Origin: Ramazzottius varieornatus
Lineage: Eukaryota > Animalia > Tardigrada
DNA length: 64,000 bases
NCBI GenBank assembly: GCA_001949185.1
Contig: BDGG01000002.1
Location: forward strand, 8,851,990-8,915,989
Direction of reading: 5' to 3'
Positions 1 through 10,491 of the stretch are shown one piece after another. Numbering within the stretch: the stretch's first letter is position 1; every line of letters starts with the position of its first letter. Position numbers and translations under genes: made by a program. The notes beneath the pieces were generated by a model. The model saw nothing but the letters and a program-made list of their open reading frames with translations. It was not told where the DNA came from and searched no databases.

Positions 1-218
1 TCTGAAGACATTTCTATGCCTAGGCAAATTTCTATATACATATCTTGAAAAAAAACTTTGACAAATTTGAAGAAACATTTCAAAAGTAGAAATTAACTGC
101 AAGAGATAAATAGACTAAGATGCTATAGAGTGCATTAGTATCGAGCAAAGATGAAAATTCGATGGAAAAAGGAATGTTTTAGATCCATCCATTTCGTACC
201 ATTCTTCGGACTTGCAAG

Positions 219-2244
219 ATGACGCGTATCCTCGTCGAAAACAACGGCGTAACCGAACGACCTTCACGGTGCAGCAGTTGGAGGACCTGGAAGCGGCTTT
301 CACCCAGACGCACTACCCCGACGTCTTTACTCGCGAAGACCTGGCCATGAAGATCAACTTGACCGAAGCCCGCGTTCAGGTAGCTTCTTCATGATCATCG
401 ACTCTTGCCCAGTTCCCCACTTGATCGATGATCCATTCTTCATTGTACCCTTTGTATCGTCTACGGCACAGGTTTGGTTCCAAAATAGACGGGCCAAATG
501 GCGCAAGCACGAGAAGGGAAGTGACAAGAAGAAAGGTCAGGAGAAGGCCGAAGATGAGGCTTCGACAGGTGCTGACAGCAAAGAAGGCATGACGGCCGAT
601 GCCGACCTTGTCCGGCCTCAAGGAAGGAGAGCCAGCTCTGCCGAAAACGTCTCGGATACCAGCTCAGTTTCATCCTCTCTTTCCGACGGTAAAGCCTCTC
701 AACAACCGGCGGCGGCGGACCATCCGCAGCAAGAGCCGCTTGATGTCTCAACCAAAGAGGAACACGTCTCCTTGGTCCAAGCACAGAGAACCTCCAGGTA
801 CACTCCTTCCTTTTCAAGCTCCATGATGATTGCATGTTTGTGTCGTGCACTGCTCCCTCAATCTTCTCCCTAAAAACAAAATTAAAGTTCTCCCTGGCTG
901 AGGAACTCGATAGTCCAGCGCACTATTACCGGGCCATCAGCTAGTAAAGCGCTTGTACTTTATATATATTGATAGCAGTTTTGCCTTTCCGCTTGATAAT
1001 ATGGTTGAGTTTCATTCGATTCAAACCTGCCGCGGGGTGTATCAAACTGGGTTTGGCCAGAATTGATCAGAGCATTTTCTGGGGGTGAAAATAAGACTAT
1101 TAGCGAAGAGGCGCTATATTGAGTTCATTTGCCTAATTGGCGGCTGGAGCTGTGAAAGCAACAAGATTAGCTCTTCGTTACAAATCAGTCAGATGTGACC
1201 GAAGGGATATTAATCTTTGATTACTCCATTAAGGGCAATTTTCTAATTTGGCCAATAAGCTGGAGACGGCGGCTTGATCCGCGCCCAGGCCGAGACCCAA
1301 TAAAAGGGCATAACTGTACTCGCATCCGAGTGCCATTCAAAGCAGATTGCTCTCTGCTCCACTGAATGTCGTTACATGTATAGCCGATATCATGATTAGG
1401 CTGAATAGACGCTCATCAAACCCTAGTCCGCTCCCCTGAGACCAGCCACCCTTTCTTCCCCAAAGTAAACATTTATTTCCAAAGTAAAACCCGCAACCTT
1501 CACCACAACACCAAGTGGCCACCTTCCCTCAAAACCATTCCTGGAAATTCTGGAAACCTACGTACAACAAGGCCGTGCAAAGTGCCACCTGTCGTTTCGT
1601 GATAAAAGAGGCCAAAGGTCATGAGAGCTCTCAGCTACACAATGACTTGGTTACGGAAACTTTGGGTTTTTGCAGGAAGCGGAACAAGGACCCTTCTCGT
1701 TCCACGTCGAGGTCTCCGTCTCGAGTGGAAACTGCAAGTTCCCCTTGCTCGCCAAAAATGGCCGCTAACATTCCCAGCAAGCCGCCCATCGGTACAGGCA
1801 CTTCTGTCGTGCACGTCACAAAGGGCGCAACGCTGCCACCATCGAGCACGGCCATCAATCATCCGCCGTCGTCGCGAGCCTTTCTCCTCTCGGCTCCGCC
1901 TGCAACGACAGCAGCGGCCATCAACATGGCCGCAGTTATGTCATTGGGAAGAGGCAAGTGCTGCACAGCTTATTTGTCAATGCAACTTTATGCAGTCCAT
2001 GATGCAGAACTGCAGACTGATTGCGTTTGCAGCACCGGACTTCCTCAATCACTATTTGGCCCATCGCGCTGCACCCTCCCTCTATCCCGCATTCCTGCGC
2101 TCACCCTTTGATACACTGGCCCAGTTGCAGCAACATCGTATGCTGATGGGTAACGCCGCGGCGGACCTCAAGTCCAGCAGCGTGGAGAACCTGCGAAGGA
2201 AAGCCAAGGAGCATTCCGAAGCACTGGAGAAAGCAAAGACCTGA
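219..2244 (+). CDS. Drgx: PRD-class (Q50) homeobox transcription factor with C-terminal OAR motif, Drgx/Prrxl1-like; 5' exon(s) lie before the window
   Basis: Exons 219-379, 472-797, 1676-1953 and 2033-2244 join in frame. Homeodomain [61 protein letters not shown] closely resembles DRG11/Drgx, with the typical PRD-class intron at VQ/VWF. C-terminal OAR motif [15 protein letters not shown]. Confidence 0.88.
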
Positions 2245-2705
2245 CTCGAGTCAACATAAATCTTCAAGCCCAATGTGCACTGGCCACCCTATATTATCCT
2301 ATCTTAGCTGCCGTTTCAGATGCGTCTACTTTTTACCGAAATTTATAAACCCACGCTTTTCTTCTACTTGTTTCGCTGACACCATGATGAAATGTTATCT
2401 GCTTAACAGTACCACAAATTCCTTTCACAAACTGAATGGTTTAAGAGAGCGTTAGCGTGGATCACAGACCAAAAACCCGAATCAACAAACTTGAGTTTGC
2501 TTACCATGTCATGTGGAGAGAGGCCAAAAATGAATATAGTCATCTATACAGAAAATGAAGTACGAGTACACGTGCACCTTGCCTACAATGACGCCCATGT
2601 TAGCCTATGTACAATTCGCGCGTCGTAAAACTAAATATATGAAAGGCAAGTAGCTCAACTGGTAAGAGATTAAGTGGCGCTTTTCAGTACAAACCTCACT
2701 ACCTC

Positions 2706-3752
2706 TTAGCGACTCAAGATTTTGAAGAGTACGAAAACAAATACCCCGAAGATGAGGACCCAGACACCGGAGTTGTTATCCTGCTCCTGCCGCTGCTGGT
2801 TTCCTGTGCCGTTTCCGCCAGCGAAATCCGATGAGCGCGGAAATCCATCGGTCGAGTCGGCGGAGGCGCGACTGGATCCGAACCAGCCACTCCGACCTAC
2901 AAAACCCTTCATCAGCTTGTGCTTATGTTTAGACTTTATAACAAAGTCAGCTAGCCCATCCGAAATCTGGAAATGCCTTTCTCTACCGCCGACCAGACAA
3001 TTGCTGCATTCCTGTTTTCAACATGCCGTTCGGCGCTCATGATAAGGAACCCTGTCAGACGTGTACGATAAGCGACGCGGTGAACCGGAGCGTTTTGAAA
3101 AGTTGCCGTACGATTTGACGATGGCGAGCCACACGGTACAACCCGAAGGTGCACCATACAGCTTAATCCGCGCATGACGTCACCGTAACCATGTTCTCAA
3201 AGCGGTAACTCAGTAAAACTCCAAAGCATGCAAACGTGACCTAAAGTTTTCTTACTTGTTCCACCTTTGATCGCACTGCTGCGCTCAGCGTCCGGATTCT
3301 TCTCACAACTCTGCTCATGATCTTTGATCTGTTCCACGGACAGCACCTCCCGACATCCGCTGTTCCAGAATTGGCATTTGATGCGCAACCTATCCAGCAC
3401 GATCTGCCGGGCTCTGTTGGGTCGAGTTGGCTTAACAGTCACCTGTGTCAACAAGTTATCTAGTCAACAACAACAACAAGTCAACAAGTCATCCAGATAG
3501 CAGTCACCTGAGTCCGATCCAGCGGACACACTCGTTCTCCCGATACGAATGCTTCTCGTAAACATAGTGTACAGAAGACATGCTGGCATCCTCGAAGCTA
3601 CAAGCAGGCTGGAATAAGTGAATGCGGAGCTGTCCGGATGTAGAGAGAAAACGTACCTCTAAAGGTTTGTCCAATACGTCCAGACATATTGGACAAATAA
3701 CCAGTTCGTGGTCCACAGTATCCGGCACAAAACGTTCGGTATCAATACCCAT
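2706..3752 (-). CDS. RING finger + TRAF-type zinc finger E3 ligase (NRDP1/RNF41/RNF151-like N-terminus), probably with a C-terminal transmembrane tail
   Basis: Exons 3752-3657, 3597-3508 and 3442-3256 give MGIDTERFVPDTVDHELVICPICLDVLDKPLE-LRGCQHVFCTLCLREAFVSGERVCPLDR...LRIKCQFWNSGCREVLSVEQIKDHEQSC. The last ORF (2912-2706) ends VWVLIFGVFVFVLFKILSR*. The exons joining these two parts are uncertain. Confidence 0.75.
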
Positions 3753-4302
3753 CCTATAGCCGAGAATTTAGACCTAACCAGTTGATACACTTCTCCTGCT
3801 TCGACGGAAATCAGAGATCCGAGGGAGATATTCCAATAAAATCTAACTGCCCTTACGGCGTGCCAGAACATACGATAGTTCTGCCAGGCCGCTAGGCGGC
3901 GAGATTTCGGAAATGAAGACGGCAAATTTGATTGGCTTTCGGCAAGCTTAAAATTTCAATGGGAAGACCAGCCCACCCGTACAACGAGCCAGCCCACAGT
4001 GCAGTCGGTTGTACGCACGCACCGGGTGCGTACAGCAGTGTGGACACAACACCCAGTCAAAATTTGTTCGGTTTGGAAAGCCTTGTTCGTACCACAGATT
4101 TGAGGATTTCAAATCAATTAGTTTGCGTTGTATGCATGAGTGCGTTGGACTGCACATGCAGGTGCACGTCGCAGCGCGCTGATTTTATGTCACGTGAGCT
4201 TCCCCAGCTTCCCCACGCACCGTCCCCATTTCCGGCTTCTCTACAGGCCGCTAAGTTAGCTCGCTTCGCTTCTCCCCGTTCGCAATCGCATGCGAAAGGA
4301 TA

Positions 4303-4428
4303 CTGTATACTCTCCCGAATTCACGTACGTCACTCCATTCAGAGTCTAAAAACTAGAGAAAGAGTTCTCATACGGTGACCATAACAGTCTGAATCAGTGA
4401 CTTACGTGAATTTCGGGAGAGCATACAG
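4303..4428. mobile_element. MITE (Tc1/mariner-like, TA target duplication)
   Basis: TA-CTGTATACTCTCCCGAATTCACGTACGTCAC ... GTGACTTACGTGAATTTCGGGAGAGCATACAG-TA: imperfect ~30-bp terminal inverted repeats with no coding capacity. Confidence 0.7.
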
Positions 4429-5093
4429 TAGATTCTACAGTGCTGAAAATGCATCTCTTCAGGGGGTCACGCGACGTAAGTTACCATTGACTAATGTTAT
4501 AAGACCACCTGACTGCCGGAAGGGATGCATTCTCAACAGTGTATACTCTCTAGCAATAGTTTTGTGCTTTAACTTTGTCGGCGTTATGAAGACAAGGCTA
4601 CACTGATGAGATGTTGGCCTTCATGCCAAATCAATCAACATATAGACAAATACAGTCCTACATCCGAGATGCGACAGTTGCTTCTTCCGCGACCGAACAT
4701 CAATTTCGCATGGGACGGCTCGCCAAATGCCGAGCAACACGATCAGCTGATTAACGATTTGTTCGAGCTTGATTTGATCAAGTAATCAAGCATGTGTCCG
4801 CAGCTGATCAGTCTCGGGCGAACAGTGTGGTGGGTAGGCTGGTGAAAATATGAACCGTCGTTTATACCGCTGCCGGTTGTACGTACAGCGTTGAGAGAGT
4901 TGGGTTTCTTCCCAAAGACACCGTGGCTGTATGCCAACGTGTTGCTGGAACATTCGAAAAAGCAGTCGTTGCCGGCGTTAAATTTTCTCTCAGTTGCAAA
5001 GTTTGCCGATGCGCATTCTTGACAGTTCGAATAGGTTCGCCATTTGCGTTCGTCTCTTTCCTTTCAGTTTAAGCTTGCTTCTTCTCTGCAAAG

Positions 5094-8000
5094 ATGTCGT
5101 GGGGACAAGGGGGACAAGGCCAGAGCGGCCCCCAGCTGGGATCCGGCGGTGTCTCTGGATATGCATACGGAATGGGTAGCCAGGGTGGCTATGGATCGCA
5201 AGGAGGATCGTGGCCTTCGCTGGGAAACCAGGGACAATCGCAAGGATACCATGGATATGGACCAGGATCATATGGTCAAAGCGGAAGTAAGCTGGTTGGC
5301 GTAGATTTGCACACTCTTTCACGCCCTCGCATGCGCTCAGCCGTGCGTTCGATGTAGTGCGCGAGTATGTAGGTGCATGACAGAGGGGTCGGTTTTCTCA
5401 GTCACTTGGCTTCTGATGCCTGATGGAGTTTTTCCTGTATTTGCAGATCAGGGTCAGAGCGGATGGGGCAACAGTAATCAGGGTCAGTCAGGTTGGGGAA
5501 GCAGTAGCCAAGGACAGCAAGGATGGGGACAACAAGGAGGATATGGAGAAGGGATGCAGGGAGGATATGGTGGAAGTACTGTAATGCTTCATGAACTTCG
5601 CGAAGCACGTCATCATACACGTACAGTTGAACCCCGGTCCGAAAATTTTGCCCTACCAACCCCCTAAGGGATGTTTCGCGCGTATAGTGACCTTCTTCGC
5701 GAAGTTCATGCAGCATTACAGTAAGTGCTTTAGTGGGCGTTGATGAATGGTTTTAAAAATACTTCTTTCTCCGGTGTTTTATTCATCTTTTGGGACCTTC
5801 CCGCGGTCAGGTGGCCTAATATTCTCCTTATCCTTGCAGACCAAGGCCAGTCTGGACAAAGCGGATGGGGCCAAAGCGGAAATCAAGGTGGCGGAAGTGA
5901 GCAAACCCTTTTCGTACTCCATCGTATTTATAGTTCATCGACTTTCTGGTTTCTTGGTGAACCACTAGTTTTATCTCCAAGAGGAAGTTTCAAAAAGATT
6001 CTGATGTTGGTATTCTTGCCTTTGCAGACCAAGGCCAAGGTGGTTGGGGCCAAGGTAAGTTGGCGAGCTAGTACATGCATATTTTTTGGGAAACTTAATA
6101 GCTATCTTCGAAGCTATTCCCTCTTTCTTCAGTTTTCAATTTTAATGGTAGTTTATTCTTCTAGGTCAACAAGGCCATGGCTGGGGTAGCAATGGTGAAT
6201 GTAAGTTCGAACACCCACTAAGATTTTGAGTACAGATGTCGCTGCGAGGTTAAGTGGCGCACTTCGGCTGGGTTATCCCAGCCGAAAGTGCGCAACAAGA
6301 GGCAATCAAATTTTCCATTGATGACAGTAATTGGACTTGCTTTGACACAAGTGTACGTAGTAGTCTTCTTCTGTTTTCGCAGATCAAAGCGGCGGTTACA
6401 ACAATCAACAAGGCGGTGACGCAAGTAAGCTCGTTTATACTCGAAGTTGTTCTCGGTTTTGTCAAATACATTTTGTCCAGCGGATGCTTCTTCGATGGCG
6501 AATATCGGTTGAACAGAGTGACTTCGGAAAGACAACCTGACAATTTTGTCTTTAGTAGATCGAGGCGGACAAGGTAGACAAGGAGGTTTCGGTGGTGGCG
6601 GTGATCAAGGTGGTCGTAACCGTTCGGGATCGTTCGGTCGAGGTCGACGAGGCTCCTTCGGACAGGGTGGAGGACAACAGGGCGGACAACAAGGAAGACA
6701 GCAGGGAGGTAACCAGCAAGGTGGTGGCGGCGGAATGGGTGGCTGGACCAAGGCCATGATGGACAACCACGCCAACCAGCGGAACCCCAACAACTGGAGA
6801 TGGCACAAGGACCACGGCGACCTGCCTCCACAGTGGCGTCCGGATCACCCCTGGAGAAGTCAGCAAGGAGGGCAGCAGGATGGACAACAAGGAGGTAACC
6901 AGCAGGGAGGTGGAGGTGGCCAGCAGCAAGGAGGCCAAGGAGGTAATCAGGGCGGACGCGGTCGCTCCGGAAGCTTCGGCCGAGGACGACGTGGTAGCTT
7001 CGGCCAAGGAGGTGGTAACCAGCAAGGCGGTGGCGGTGGCGGCCAGCAAAGCGGTGGCGGTGGCGGCCAGCAAGGTGGAAGTAAGTTTAATTGTTCGTTT
7101 CTACGAAATTTTTTACAGACGCTTCGAATAGTGTGTACCGACACGGCTTTGTCAACCGTATTCATTAGAAGGCAAAGTTTAACTTGCGACTTGCGAGCTA
7201 TTATTTACGTTCAACATTGAAAGTGCAGTTTTTTGGGAGATTCGGACTTGTGACTGAGAAGACAGCGTTGCTGTTTTGTGGTAACGATTGATACTTTTCT
7301 GCAGATCAACAAGGAGGAGGAGGAAATCAGCAAGGCGGCGGCCAGGGCCGAGGAGGAAGTAAGTTTAGACAAGAAAATAAAGTCCTCATTGGATTCGATT
7401 ACTGATACGATTCGATTACTGATACTGCAATCTAGCTTTCCCGAAGCAACGACTCGTTTCAAACGAGTCATCTACGGCTAAGAGCTATCAGCACTCGACA
7501 TGAACAAAGAAATGAATGTCTTGCTAGGGATCTAAGGAATCTTTCTTTCCGTTGGTCCTCTTCAGTTTACTCTGTTGAATTAACAGGGTTGAGTTCTACC
7601 TTTAATCTTATTTTGTAGATCAGGGCGGCCAACAGAACGGCGGCCAAGGACAAGGAGGAAGTAAGTTTTACTACGTCTGCCTTTTCTTTTGCTCGTCTTT
7701 AGAGGAATCTCATTTTATTCGATGAGTTGCGTTTCATCAGCAGAACATGCTGTGACTGAGTACTTTTGTAGACCAAGGTGGCCGCGGACGGTCTGGAAGT
7801 TTCGGCCGAGGACGACGTGGAAGCTTCGGTCAAGGAGGTGGTCAGCAGGGTGGTGGTAACCAGCAAGGCGGCGGTCAAGGACAAGGACAAGGTAGGCAAG
7901 GCTCCTGTCATTCTTTCCACAGGAATGAGGCTCACTGGCTGAGCTCTGGTATTCTTTGAAGGTAACAATCAAGGAGGCCAGGGCGGGCAAGGGAACCAGA

Positions 8001-8250
8001 ATTCCGGTGGTGGATTCTGGGGTAGCAGTGTGGGTTACCAGGCTGGTCAGGGACAGGGAGGTAGCCAAGGCGGAAACCAGGGAGGACGAGGTCGATCTGG
8101 TAGTTTCGGCCAAGGAGGAGGATTTCAGGGTGGCGGGGGAAACCAGTCTGGCAACCAAGGTACCAAGAAGCAACTCACCAGATTTCAGTCTCTCAATTAA
8201 GCTTTGCTGAATTTGCAGGTGGCAACCAGGGAGGACGTGGAAACCAGTGA
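5094..8250 (+). CDS. Uncharacterised Gly/Gln-rich, prion-like low-complexity protein (~483 aa, 12 exons)
   Basis: Exons 5094-5286, 5447-5575, 5840-5896, 6028-6054, 6165-6200, 6383-6424, 6559-7080, 7305-7358, 7619-7660, 7772-7891, 7962-8159 and 8219-8250 (1452 nt) are all flanked by AG/GT and join in one open frame from MSWGQGGQGQSG to GNQGGRGNQ*. An in-frame TAA at 5070 supports ATG 5094 as the start. Confidence 0.85.
5579..5721. mobile_element. 143-bp MITE inserted in the 5' splice site of intron 2 of the Gly/Gln-rich gene
   Basis: 27-bp TIRs CTGTAATGCTTCATGAACTTCGCGAAG (5579-5605) and CTTCGCGAAGTTCATGCAGCATTACAG (5695-5721), 1 mismatch; TA on both sides (5577-5578, 5722-5723). Confidence 0.85.
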
Positions 8251-8545
8251 AGGCTTCTTCGAGGTTGCAGGTTGCCAGAGTTTAGTTGAAGAACCAATCT
8301 GACGTGATAGTCTACCAGTGTTCCGCGGTTTTGCCTGGAGCTTTGCCTGGTGTCTCCTTCCTTTTCTAAAGTCTCTAATGGCAGATTATTTTCCCATCTT
8401 TTTTTAACGCGCGCGATATGTCACCTCGTAACTTGACAGTTGTTTATACATTGTTGGATGTTGGAAGAAAGTTAAGTTAAACTGCCGTTATCAGAAGGAA
8501 CGAACGTGCTTTCGCGTAAAACTCTCGGAGTTTGTACGTGTACTA

Positions 8546-8581
8546 TAATAATAATAAGAATAATAATAATAATAATAATAA
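8546..8581. repeat. (AAT)n microsatellite forming the 3' tail of the adjacent LINE
   Basis: taataataataagaataataat...; on the minus strand it follows AATAAA directly (cagaataaaggttgtttattattatt...). Confidence 0.8.
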
Positions 8582-9897
8582 ACAACCTTTATTCTGTTCG
8601 AATGCTAGCCAAGCTTAGCGCTGTATGAACAAAATTGGAAGAAGTGAGGCAAGAGCGCCAGGAGAAGAAGCGACAACAACAGCACAAATTCTTTTTCGTT
8701 TTCTTTTCTAAGAATAGCAAGATTTAAACTAGCAGCACCGCGTCGATATGATTTCTGCACCACTTAGAATTTGAAAAATTCGGAGCGTCAACATAGTACT
8801 TGAAAGTCCCAAAGGTATTCAAATCTACAGCACTAGGGCAGAACAAACAGTCTTTCAGCATGGCTTCGGCGATGTAAGCAAATGAGCCGATGGTGGAATC
8901 AAGAAGGGAACGTGAAGAGGCGGCCACCGAAACTGGACTCAACATCAAGGCTTTGTCTTGGCTACGGGTTCTTAGGTTCTGGCATGGCAGGACAATTCTC
9001 TCAGCTGGTGTTCCTTGGCGAAATCTCCGTTCCAGATCTTCCAGGCATTTACCAGAATCCTCGCACATCGTCGATGTCACAATGGTTTCCACCCTACTTC
9101 TCGGAGGTGCTGATGGTATCGTTTGAAGTCCAGGCCGTAGCTTTGGTCTTCTTTTTCTACTGGGCTAAGACGAATGCTCCGAAGGAACTTCTTTTGAATC
9201 GATTCGAGCTGCTTTTGTAGGCTCTTGGTGGTGGTGAACCAGGAGGAGGGTGCGTAGTCGGCAATCGATCGAACCAAGGATGTGGAGAGAAGTTGTTTCA
9301 CTGCTCCATAGCGCTTAGGAAATAGTCCATTAATACCGTAAAGTCTCTGCCTGCACTTTGCCGTAACTTTGTCCACCTGTGCTGTCCACTCCATCTTGGT
9401 CGAGAACTTGGCACCCAAACATTCAGCTTCGCTCACCAATGGAATCTTTCCCCTGTTGATCGTATAGCTGCCACTTGGCACCCACTTTCTTCATCTTATT
9501 TGATATGCGCAGATGCTGGGACTTTTCAGGATTCAGCTCAAGGCCAGTTTCTCTGCACCAGTCTTCAAGTCTCTGCAGGTCTTGTTGGAGCAAGGTACAA
9601 TCTTCTTTGCTTTTGATATTCCGCCATGGCAGAATGTCATCTGCGTACTGCATCACGGTGCACTAAATTCTTTTTGGCAGGTTGTTCACAGCAATGATGA
9701 ACAGGATCGGGCCAAGAACCGAGCCTTGCGGGACACCAGACGGGACAACGCACTCTGAAGAGAAGTGTCCACCGCCAGTCACTTTCTGACTTCTTCCGCG
9801 CAGGTAGTCGGACAGTAGGTCTTTCAGCCCGCCTTGGACTCCATGGCTGATGAGGCTGGTGACGATGGTAGAGTGCGGAAGTTTGTCGAAGGCTTTA
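8546..9897 (-). mobile_element. 5'-truncated, decayed non-LTR retrotransposon (CR1/L2-like reverse transcriptase)
   Basis: RT motifs KAFDKLPH, SGVPQGSVLGPILF, QYADD and LQQDLQRLEDWC...LNPEKSQ are spread over ORFs 9663-10064, 9423-9656 and 9077-9481, broken by a stop and frameshifts; simple-repeat 3' tail. Confidence 0.9.
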
Positions 9898-10491
9898 AAT
9901 AGAACGGTTCTGTGAGGAATGAAAAAGGTGTTCCTTGGCCTCGTGACGTATTTTTGGACTGCGCCCGATACGAGGGAACTGGAACATGGAGTCCTTCGTC
10001 CGCGGAATGTGAGAGCCTTTCTTCTGCGCGTATGATTAAGTTGCCACTCCCGTTCACTTTGCAACTGTAGCTACGGCCTTGCTCCGCCCCTTTCGTGACG
10101 TGTAACTACATTTTGCTTTCCGTAGCTCCCCTTATTTTCGAAAAATAGCATAATCGGAGTTACGGTTGGCTAGCATTGGGAAGCATGGTGGCTGCCCAAC
10201 TATTCAAAGTTCTGATCAGCTGCTGCGCTTATGAGTGACGTTGCAACTCATCTTAGCTACAGTGGGACTTTCATCTGGCGGTGGCAACTTAATGTCTGTA
10301 ATCTCTATATTTAATGTTACGAGCTGCGTCAAGTATCGAGATGGTGCATGCCCACTGTTTGCTAAACGGCTGATTGATGGCTCAGTTTTTCTCTTGATTG
10401 ATGTTGCATTCATTCAAGTTAGTTTTGTGGTCTTCATCCCGCTATCGTGGAACTTTTCTTCCTTCTTCCGAGGTTCTCTACTTCTGGTATA

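Noticed and set aside
5013-5093. Possible signal peptide (FPFSLSLLLLCKD) upstream of the Gly/Gln protein
   Set aside because: It is in a different frame from ATG 5094, is explained by a polypyrimidine tract, and an in-frame TAA lies at 5070.
6250-7165. Long minus-strand and alternative-frame ORFs (Pro/Cys-rich, Thr/Ala/Leu-rich) over the Gly/Gln gene
   Set aside because: These are shadows of the low-complexity GGN/CAR codon repeats; splice signals support only the + strand Gly/Gln frame.
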